Shown here: positions 12,201-24,000 of the stretch, one piece after another
Layout of the letters: every line of letters starts with the position of its first letter
How positions within the stretch are numbered: position 1 is the stretch's first letter
DNA from: Octopus bimaculoides
Taxonomy: Eukaryota
DNA: 64,000 nucleotides
Direction of reading: 5' to 3'
Assembly (NCBI RefSeq): GCF_001194135.2
Contig: NC_069004.1
Location: forward strand, 2,008,388-2,072,387
The notes under the pieces: model-generated
Database searches by the model: none
What the model was told of the DNA's origin: nothing
What the model saw: only the letters and a program-made list of their open reading frames with translations
Program-made: the position numbers and the translations under genes

Positions 12201-13960
12201 AACAATTTTTAAAAAGACATTAAAATCCATGGGGAAATAATGTTTGTATAAATCTGATACAAGTTTCAAATAAAGAATGAAAACAAAGAAATGAACAAAT
12301 CAGAAATGTTGTCCTATCTGGATTGTAACCGGTAGAATGTGCTAGCTGAAAGCAGTGCAGGAGAAGCAGTTTGCACCTAAAAGAACGGTGCAGTCAGCGA
12401 AAGCTTTCAAAGAGGAAAACTCACTTAAAATTCTGATAAAGCTCTTCATCAGTTTCAAAATGTAACCTTTATTCAGAGGGAGAGAAAAAGAAAAGCTATC
12501 TTGACTCATTGCTGAGTGAAGGGAAAAAAAAAATTAAATGAAATGAAATACTGCAATCATGAGCAAAAGATTTCCTTAGACACAGAATGTTGGGGTTATG
12601 TTTGTAAGTAACTAATGAGGTGATTGTCATAATGATTTTGAAATAGGAAACCTCCAGATCCATCAATAGATTACAACAGAATGTTAATGAACGCCGCTAG
12701 CTTTTCATCAGTAAGTGATTACAGGGAGATTCTTTGCGCATAAATTATGGTTTGACTTAAAGACAAACAGACACTTAGATAGAGTTACTCGATTAAGGAA
12801 AATAATGATAAAATGGAGAAGGAAAAGTGGCAAAAACACATATCTATTTTTAAAAACATTTGAATTGTGTTGAGTGACTATGTTGGTCAGATGGATAGCC
12901 TTAGACGTCCAGGGGATAAGAGGAAGAATAATTAATGAAAGAAACAGAAAACTGAAGACTATTATCAAAAGTCTACGACAGGTTTGCAGGCGATCATCAT
13001 CAAAGAGTTTTGGTGAAGAAGTGATGTTCACAAAGCGATTCTAAAGAAGAATATACCAAAGTGGGCTTGCATTGCTATCTCTAGATTTACCAGTTGAATT
13101 TGGCATTGTAAGCTAACAAAACATTTGTTAATTTTACAGTGCTGCCACTGCTTGATGGAGCCAGTTGTTCCTGTATCTTGGCCACAGACCCAACATAGTG
13201 CTGATGTCAGAATAGAAGCTACTTCTCTGATAGCCTTTCTTTTCATTTGGTCATTCAAGCTCTCTTTCAGGCAAAGCAAACTCCCAAGAATTACCTGCAT
13301 TCACAATTGCTATGATCTGATGATCCAACAAGGAAACATTTACATGGTTGTGTAGCCTGGTAAAAAACAGCAATGAAATCTCAAATTATATCCTAAGACA
13401 CATTGAATAATGTATGTCTGAAATGATAAAAAGCTGCAACTGGAATGTCTCTATTATAGCCCTAGGCCAACCAAAGCCTTGTGAGTGAATGAAGTAGATG
13501 AAAGCTGAGAGAAACCTGTCGTGTATGTATGTGTGCACATATACATGTGGGTGTATATGTTTGTGTGTACCTTTGTCTTGACATTGTGTAATGGTTGTAA
13601 ACGAGCATCCTTGTCATACAAGCAGTGTAGTTTTAGTTTCCAATCTTCTGTGGAAAATATGTCTGGCCCTGGGGAAATATTATCTTGCTTGGAAAGCAGA
13701 ATAGGGTTGGTGACAGGGAGGTATTCATTCAGTCATAGAAAATCTGCCTCAATAAATTCTGTTTGACCCTTGCAAGCAAGCAAAAGGGACGTTAATGATG
13801 ATAAACGAGGATACCTATAATTATTGTGAGAAGACTTGTCACACAGAGGGCAGTATTTAGAGCAATTCGTTTTCTTTTTCTCAGAGTTTGATATGACTTG
13901 GTGTTGGGTACAGGGTCTCTTTGCTATTCCACCACCTCTAGTGTACATACATAGGTACAT

Positions 13961-14043
<83 letters not shown>

Positions 14044-14849
14044 CAGAGAGAGAGAGAGGGGGACTGAGGTGGTTTAAAATTTGGATCTCAAGGTCGAATG
14101 TAAAACAACACCAGTCTAAATAGTGCAGGGAATGGTTCAGGTGCTAATATACGTCACAGAACATGGGTGAGGGAAGTGAAGGGAGTCACAATTTGTACTT
14201 TCATAAGCTCATTACTCATTATTCCAACAAGATGGAGATGACTATACCTTTCTTGTGAACAGTTTACTACTTTTTCTGCCTCAGAGTCGTCACTTGAAGC
14301 AATTGGGTCTGAGTTAGCTGACTGGTTGCTATCAGATTGACTGCTGTCATCTTTAGTAGACCATTCTTTATTGGTAACATTTTTTTTGGTATCACCACTG
14401 TTAAAAAACAAACAAAATAAAACATTTTAAAATACAAATATGAAATTACCAATGCTGGAACATTACAACCAACATCACCAGAAACTACACCTCCAGCTTG
14501 GCATCCAATTTTGGTTTGTTTACATCCATCTAAATTGGTGGTTTGTCAAAAAGGCCCAACAGTATAAGTACCAGACGTAAAACCTAAGTAAAGGGAGCGG
14601 GGTCCGTTTGATTAAATTCCTTCAAGGTGGTGCCCCAGCATGGCCACACTCCAATAACTGTAAAAGTAAAAAAAAAAAAAAACTGCAAAGGATAAAAGTA
14701 AACACAAGAAATAGAAGGATGTGTACCTCCAAAGTGCATCTTCTTTAGAACTTTTTCCATTTTCATCTTTTGCAGCAGTTTCAACTGTTCTGGTTTGAGG
14801 ACTTTTTGGAGAATCTGAAACACAGAGTTTTGGAACATCATGATAATGG

Positions 14850-14882
<33 letters not shown>

Positions 14883-17800
14883 TACATCATGTAGAGTTTA
14901 TACATATACAAGTAGGATGGCTACTGGAGTCACACATGACTGGAAGACAACCAGCCAGGTTTACAGCATAACAAACGGTTACCAGAGTTATAAAACTATA
15001 AAACAGACAGACAAATATACAACAATGAAATAGAAGAACGATTAAATAAATTCAAATCTAATTTTCTCAAGTAAATAATAATGGTAGCACATAAAAAACA
15101 AGCACTACTGAAAAGAATACGTCCACCTTTGCTAAGGTGGGGGTAATAATTATTCCAATATATAAATAGATACGTACTCTTATCTTCACAGCCTGAACTA
15201 GACACAGTGTCACCAGTATCCATAGCTATAGGAGAGCTACTCCGAGGAATTCTGGAAAACAAAAGAATTACATTATTGGATGACAGGAATTAGTCAATAT
15301 ATCAGGTTTAAACATGGCTGTGTGGATTAAGAAGTTCATTTTGCAACCACATCACTTTGGGTTCAATCCCACTACATGGCAGCTGAGTGGTGTATAGTAC
15401 TGAAGGCGGTGGCTTTATGCTAGACGGACATAAACATGTGTCTTGCAATAGAGGTGAAATATGGCCACCCCAGTTGGATTTATGTCATTAATAAAGACAT
15501 ATATTTCTTGATGTTCATACATTTGGATTCTAAAGAGTAGCTTGATAGAAAAAGTGATGAAGATTTTTAGAACACCCATTCAAAGTATTACAGCAACATG
15601 GTCAAAGAAGGCAACAAATTTGTCCGTACCGCTCCAAAGAGGAATTAAAACTAGAAAAGTCAGCCCAGTTATTTTCTGACATTTTCAGATCAAAGTTAGC
15701 CCACTTTTGATCAGGAGTCTCACTTCCTACAAGTGCTGTATCCCAAGGGGACGTTTCCATTGCTGTAAGAGAAGAAAGTAAAATTATAGCAATTTTACTC
15801 CAAAGACAGAAACCTTGTAAGTTGAATTTGTTAATATCAAATGCAACAACAGAAAAATTGGTAGAGAAATTATTGATGTAAAATAGTCAGAAATACTTTG
15901 CAATTCAGTAACAGAGACCAACAGAACAGGTACCAGACTTAAGAAATAAGCGCTGGGGTCAATTTATTCAACTTAAAGCCTTCGAAGTGGTTAGGGTTAG
16001 CACGGCTGCAGTCCAATGATGGAAACAAGTAAGAAATAGAAGATCAACGTACAACCAAGCTGATCAAAACAATTTGAAATCTCATCAACCAGCATGCTGA
16101 ACATATTTAAGTGAATTTGAACAGGGGCTTAGCAATAGCATCTTTCTCTGTTGATACATAGCCTAGAAGAATAAGGATCAAAGAAAACTGACCTTCTACA
16201 TCGACATCCATCTTCTCTTGAGGCTGTTGTAGAATGCACTTTGGAGAGTCTAATTCTTCATCACTGTCGGTGTTGTCCTCTTCCTCTTCCTGATCATCAG
16301 AACCAAGACTGTCGGTTGACATACTACAACCATGGAGAGAAAAGAAACAAATTGAGAACAGGGCTGGGCAGTGTTTCACAACTACAAGACATCTATTCCA
16401 ATAAGGAAAAGTATAGATTATTAGAGAAGAGAGAGAGAGGCTCACATGACTAGGAGATATTAAGTAACCTAGCTGCTTACCCAGTTGGCTGGACAGGTGA
16501 ATTTTCAAAGAGAATAACTTCCTTTTTTTCCCAGATTTCTTCATCACTATCATTGTCATCAAACTGCTGGATTCGTTCATTACAGGCTTGTTCAAACATG
16601 GTGGCATTAGGGGCCTACAAACAATAGAAAGTGCAGGTGCAGCTATTAGCAAGATAATGCATGTGACTTTTTATCCTTCTTTGCTAATGATGATCACACA
16701 GTCACACAAAGATGGAGTAAAAGAACAACAAAAAAGTGTATTAAGCTGACACTCAGGAAAAATGGAAGACGTCTTTAGCATTTTAAGCCTATACTCTTCT
16801 GCAGAAAGGATGGATGAGGAGGGACAAAAGATGGCGAGGAAAAGAAAACAAAAGGTGTCTGAGTTAAACAGCCAAGGCATGCTGTATATCTGAATAGATT
16901 GAAAGTGTTGCGTGACAGACATGACTATGTCTGAGTTGGATTTTTTAAAGAACTTTTCATCTTTTCTTATTAGTCTTGTATGCTCATAGAAACCATTAGT
17001 CCAGTAACATTTCAGAACCACCTCAACTCTATTTATGGAATGAAATGACGAGAGAATGTTGTGTCTGGATGTGCTTTGGATTGGATTGCAAAGAATCATG
17101 GGATAATTGGTGAGAGAGAGAGGGGGGGAGGTCTATACTTACACTATCTTCATCAGCCCTTATATTGAAGTCAATGCTTGAGATCTTCTCATTAAATGTG
17201 GTGCTGCAGGAAACAAAGAAAGAAGCAAACACTGAATTGCTGCTACAATTTATTCACAAGTAAAAGACGATTTCAGCTACGATTATATACTGCACATTGA
17301 TGTAATAAAAGTTGTTATTTGACCATAACAATTTACACAAAATATTAAATGAGCCCAACTTTGCATATATAAACAGAAATTATTTTGGAGGAAAAAGTAT
17401 CTTCCATGCCATCAAATAAAATAGAAAAAGAAATATCAAGAGAGAAGGCGGAGAATGACCACTCACTCAATTTTGCCATCTTGGTCAGCAAAATCATGTT
17501 CATTGAAGCCAAATGTATCAATGAAATTAGATGTCATCTGTAGTTGGTAATCAGAGAAGGCCTGTTGATAGCAAAAACAAATGTGAAAAAAAGGTGAATG
17601 AAATAGAAGAAACTAATCTAGAGAAGTAAAGCTCAATTTTAGCAAAACTCATAGAAACCAGTGACAATGATTTTCAGTCAGTGATAATTAATTTCATCCA
17701 ATTTAATGCTTTAAGCACTTCCTGTATAAGGCAAATTACAGAAGCAGTTTCTAAACTCTCAAAATTAAAATTACTGTAAGATATCCAAAGTTTTAAACAG

Positions 17801-17941
17801 AATACAGCAGATGTAACTGATGCAGCTTAAAGTATGACAAAAAAAAAATATTGTAATTGTGGATTAAGAGGAACATCAGAGAAATACAAAATAATACATC
17901 TTAAAATGTAAATGCATGCAGACAAAAGAAAATTACATGAC

Positions 17942-17972
<31 letters not shown>

Positions 17973-18022
17973 TATATATATATTTATATATATATATATA
18001 TATACATATATATTTATATATA

Positions 18023-18059
<37 letters not shown>

Positions 18060-21000
18060 CACATGTATATATAAATATATATACACATATGAATGCATTT
18101 ATATATGTATGTACGTACACACATATATATGTACACATGTAACGTTTTCAGAAGAACAAATTTATTTTCAAATATCTAGTTTATAGTGCATGTCAGACAT
18201 TAAAAGAGACAAAATACATGCAGGTCAACTAGACATGGAAGAAAAAAAAAACAGTTCTTAAAAAATCTCGATACAATACCTCAAACATTTAAATAATTTA
18301 TTAACAATAAGACCTGCTGTGGTAAAAAGATAACACTAAAAAAACTATGTTATCACTAAGTTATACTGTTACTTGTGAGCACTAGATGCATTTAAGGTCA
18401 GACTAATTAAAATTACAAAACGTATATATAGTTGTATAACATTCTATTAGTAACATGACACTGATAGTCTCAAGAGTACATCTTAATATTTGACTAGAGC
18501 AAAATTTTAAACTGTGGCCATGTCATTAGCTTAGCAATCTTCTATATTTCTTCTTTATCTAACAATTTGTATTCCGATGGAACAAGGTCATGCAGTCTTG
18601 TTTTCGAAATAAACACCTGGCTACAATAAATGTTATGATACATCCAAAAGATCCAAATGATGCTCTGGTCTGATAACATTTTTATCTTATTTCCCCTTTC
18701 TCAATAAAACAAGCAATCTCTATTTCTCTCTCTCTCTCTCTCTCTTTTTTAAATAAAAAAAAAAAACAGCACAACCCATCTATGATTGCAAATCGGCTGA
18801 AAATGCCAGCAAATATAAAGACCTATACAAGACCTACATAAACTATGAGCCGAATTGGTTTTATGGCAGTTTTTTTTTTCTTTTTTAATGCAAGCCCATG
18901 TCGCACAGATCTGAAATATATTCCAGTTTGTATATATACCATGTTGAAAGGCAATTTACTGCAGTATTCATCCAGAGATATGAAAATTGCTCCAATAGTG
19001 GCTAGCAAGAACGCAATACTAGTGAATGTTTATTCATTGTTTCCTAGATATTGGATGTGACAAATCTCCTCTAAGCATGTCATTGAATGTGAGTACATGC
19101 CATTGATAAGACCCAACAAGGCCAAAATGCACCTGGTGTTCCCATTCGCCACTGCTGGGGTGATTTATGTTCCCCTCCACTATAATGTTTTTAAACACAG
19201 CATGTCCATAAGAGATGTTATCTCTAGATAAATACCACAGTAAATTGCCTTTCGATGATGCAATGACATTAAGTTGGTTATTTAAAAAAATAAAAATGTA
19301 TTTAGTCTCGTAAAATAACAGCATAAATCATAAAACCTCAAATACAACTCTATACTACATTCCGCAGATGGTCACTATATTTCAAGCTGATGTTGAAGAT
19401 ATCACTAAAACTGATGGTTGAGCTGTTACATCCTGGCTTGCCAAAATGATTTGGCATTATAAAGTATTTGACAGCAAAATCTAAACTATATTGTGAATAT
19501 ATTAATGTCATCAACATTGAACAAACTTTTACACAGATATACAGTTTAATAATTATACTGCAAGACATTCCATATCTCATTATTTTCAGAACTATATCAA
19601 CAATACAATAAATTTTCATTACCAGTAACTTCCATGATACAATCACCATATCAAACGAATCTGCTGGGAAGAAGCTATATAAACTCAAAACAGGTAGCAC
19701 AGTTCTTGCCCCTTGGTTTGCCAAAATACTTGGCCTTATAACAATTCTTTCTAATTAGTACCTAAGACCAGTAATTTAAATGAAGGACTGATTACACTGA
19801 CCCCAGTACTAGACTGGTATTTTTATTTTATCGACCCCGAAAGGGTGAAAGGCAAAGTCGGCCTTGGCAGTATTTGAACTTAGAACCTCAAGGAATACTG
19901 CTGAGCACTTCATCCAACACACGACTCCACCAGCTTGCTACCTTATTCATTGTATAACTGACACTCCGTCGCTTACGACAACGAGGGGGGTTCCAGTTGA
20001 TCCGATCAACGGAACAGCCTGCTCGTGAAATTAACATGCAAGTGGCTGAGCACTCCACAGACACATGTGCCCCTTGTATCTAGTATGTAGTATGTTGTAT
20101 CAGAGAGAGATTCGGTGTGACAAGGCTGGCCCTTTGAAGTACAGGTACAGCACTACTCATTTTCCCAGTTCAGTAGACTGGAGCAATGTGAAATAGAGTG
20201 CCTTGCTCAAGGACACAACACATTATTGGGTATTGAATTCACAGCCTTACCACCGTGAGCTGAATACTCTAACCACTAAGCTATGTGCCTTCATTATATT
20301 AAATATATATATATATATATATATATATTTTTAGAGGCTCTGCTGAAGCTATAAGGTGTTACTCAGGCACTAACCTGAGTCCACTGCATCTTATAGCAGA
20401 AACAGCTATAAGCTAATGAAGTTCATAATTGTTTATACCTTTGTCATCTTGTTTTCTTTATATATGCATATATATGTGTGTGTGTGTGTATATATATATA
20501 TATGCAATCATATATATAATTATCCTGGGGTCTGTCTAAATATGTCTCAATAAGAGTAATATGCTGCAAAGAACGAAATATATTTTCATATACAGACCTG
20601 TTTATAAACCTTCATGTGCACAGGACTGTGTGGACAACACAGATTTACCCCATTTACTAAACACTAAAATCAGTCAAACGAAAACAGTAACTAGTGCAAC
20701 AACTGAAGATGGAAAAAATGAGGGAGGGGGGAGGAGGTTTGGAAGTAAGTGAACACACAGTGACATGAGTGATGATGGTTGAGAATCATGTGGAAAGTAC
20801 AAGCTATGAGACTAGGATAATTTATAATATAGCCTGCCCTCCACTTTACCAGCAATAATAACATGACATTAGACAGATCTGAGGGCAGCAAGACCATTAA
20901 CGTGGTGAGACAAGTGTCCACTACTTACTTGAGAATAGTTGGGTTTCTGAAAAAAAAGCAATGTCGATGACAAGCATCAGAAGAAAGTCGTTAGAAGACA

Positions 21001-24000
21001 GGTGAGAAAACTAAGGTGAGAATAATTATAATAATTAGGATTTCTGTCTTAGGTAGAAAGGCAATGCTGACTCTGAGCAGAACTGAATTCTAGACATAAA
21101 CACATAAATACAGCAAAGTATTAAAGCCTGACACTTAGCAGAGCCAACCATCCATTCACTGCATGTAGTTCTTCAAAGCCTGTGAATTTCCTTCACAATT
21201 CCATAAACCTGAGTAACAGAATAAGCTAACTACAAAGCAGATTTTTTAAGACATTCACAACGAAACACCTCTAATGGATAAGATTTAAAGCAGTTGGAGA
21301 AGTTGATCAACATTTCTCTAAAAATTTTCTGTACAAAATATATGCATTAAAACATTACTTACTTGAGAATATAATACATAACAGTTTTAATACAATATGA
21401 AATATTGAATAAACTGTAATACAAACAAGAAACAGTTAAATAAGGTAGAAAAAAAAAAAAGTAGTTGCTTGAGGCATGCCTGTGGGGTTAATTAGCTTGT
21501 TTCCCATCTAAGTGGTTTTAGGTTCAATCCCATTGCAGGGCACTTTGGGCAAAGAGTTTCCAGCTACAGCCTCAGGCTGACCAAAGCTTTGTGAGAAGAT
21601 TTGGTAGGTAAAATTTAAAAGTCCATTACGTGTGTGTGAAAGTGCTCGTGTCTCGTTATCAAGGCTTCACATGAATTACAAAGGTGTACCCTCATACAGT
21701 AAAGTAGGGATTTTTACCTTAATAATTAAAAAAAAAAAAACCCCAGGAAATTTACTCCCCATAAATTAGCCATGAAGGTTTCAGTATCTGGACCCTGACC
21801 CTATTGAGATAAGGGCTTCAAGCGTTTTTAGTCGTTCATACCAACCCCAATACTTAATCCAGTACAGCACTTAGTTTACACAGAAGTTGAAAGCAAAGAG
21901 ATGCAAAGCGTAACTACTTGGAATATTTGGGTCTAAAAGGAAACGGAAAAAAGCAGAAAGAGGTGACTTACTTGTTGCATTACAGCATCTTGGTTAAAAG
22001 GCAAATCTCTGAAGTCAGTGTCATCATCTTCACTACTTGAATGGAGAGGATGACCTTGAACCTACAAATCACACACACACACATACATAAGTACTTGAAA
22101 GTAACCAATTCTTTTACATATATGCACGCTTCTATAATATCATTTGTATGCAAATTACTAAATTACTCATTTCCTAACCTAAACGGCAAACATGTGTGGC
22201 CCAGTGGCTAATGTTTGGTACTCACAATCACAAGATTGTGGTTTCAATCCCTTGTGCTCTTTAGTAAAACACTTCCTTTCATGTTGCCTCAGTCCACTCA
22301 GCTGTAAATGAGTAACCCTGCAGTGAACTGGCATCCCATTTGGAGGAAAATGTTGTGATTTCGGTCATCTATGTGCCATGGAAACCAGGTACCTGTGAAT
22401 TCGAGGACTTAAGACAGTAAAGTCCAACAGACTTGGTTCTTGCTAACCAGAACACTACCAACAACAAATCTGATGTACAGGGTGTCCATAAATAATCTTT
22501 ACAACTTCTACAATTTTATTGTATCTATTGTAAAGGTAATTTATGGACACCCTGTATATTGTTTCTTTGTTTTGTTTTTTAATCTTTATTTACACATACC
22601 TGGGTATGAGTGCATTCAAGTCTGAATGGTAATGAAGTTTGTCTCTTAGCAATGAAACTCAGGGTTCTTGGACAAGTGTCTTCTACATCATCCTCAAGTT
22701 GAGCCTAACACACACCTAAATACATTTAAACCATATACACAAGATTGAGTTACTAATACATACCAATTCAATTGTATTTTGTTTGTTGGTCTCAGCAAGT
22801 GTCGAAGAAACAAAAGTCGTCCATTTATTTCTATATTCTTCTGGAATCTCTGAAATACAAATAGCATTCTTTACTATGTACATATAATTGTGGAAGTTTG
22901 TATTTGTTTGTGCAACCGTTTGCATAATTATACAAATATTCCATATAATTGTACAAATGTGTGAACGAGAAAGAGAATTTCCAGACAGTTCAAAAAACAC
23001 AACAGTAAAAAAAATTACACACACGATGATGGCAATTTCTGCCTGTCTGAAGATTATGGGGGAAAGCCACAAGTGGCTCTGCAATCCAGTCTTTGATGCT
23101 GCAGCACTTTTCTTCCTGCCTACATTTACCAATTTTAAAGTGAGAAGCAGCCCATACAATCTGATCTTGCTCTTTAGATTTGTAAGTCAGAACGCAGGGA
23201 CTCAGTAGGCTCAGGCAGTAGAAAAGTCAATAAAAGCCCTTACCTTTTAAGTATTCTTTAATTAATTCGCTGTTTTCTCCTTTTTCTATACATTCAGTAA
23301 TGTGATTTGCTATTTTAGTTAAATGTCCCATATATCCTCGACGTCTGCCTCCAATACGATGTCTGCAAAAAAAAAAATAAATAAATAAATAAAAATAACA
23401 TTTATCATTTTGAGATTTCAACATTTTCATTTTTTATTTTTCTCTCATTTCGTGTCATTTTCCATGCTGCTCTGATTTGGAAAGAGTCTATGACATAACA
23501 CAGTTTCATGCACCTAAACTTAATGTATATCTTCTGTGAAGCCAAATATTTGTATCACTTATTCCATATAATATTCAAAATCATCATCTAATGCCCACTT
23601 TTCCATGACTGCAGGAGTTGGATGGAGTTTATTTATTGGTTGGATTTGAACACAGAACATAAAGACCCAGAAGAAATGTCACCAAGCATTTTGTCCGATG
23701 CACTACCGATTCAACCAGCTTGCCATGTTTTATGCAAACATTATAACAACAAAAAAGCAAAATGTAAAACAAGAAAACATTCGAAGGTCACTTACTCGTA
23801 TTGGTCATTCTCTTCCCATGAATCTAGAATTCTCTGCATCAAATTACATTTAATAAATATCTGAATATAAAACAAAAGAAGAGTAAATTATGATTTCATA
23901 CAGAACTGGCAAGGTTTTTTATTATTTGATTAGCTTACTAATTAATAGAACAGTGATTATAAATAATAAAATCCTTATGGAGTTGATGAAATAAAATACC

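Noticed and set aside
12393-12455. - strand CTGATGA agag...ctct tt GAAA gctt TC hammerhead-like motif
   Set aside because: There are extra bases before GAAA, the core pairs with an adjacent ctttatcag, and I found no stem I. It could be a decayed relic, but I cannot support it.
21160-21210. Additional acceptors in intron 15 (21208 and 21179)
   Set aside because: Only weak donors (GTGAAG, GTGAAT) follow, so no convincing exon is defined.
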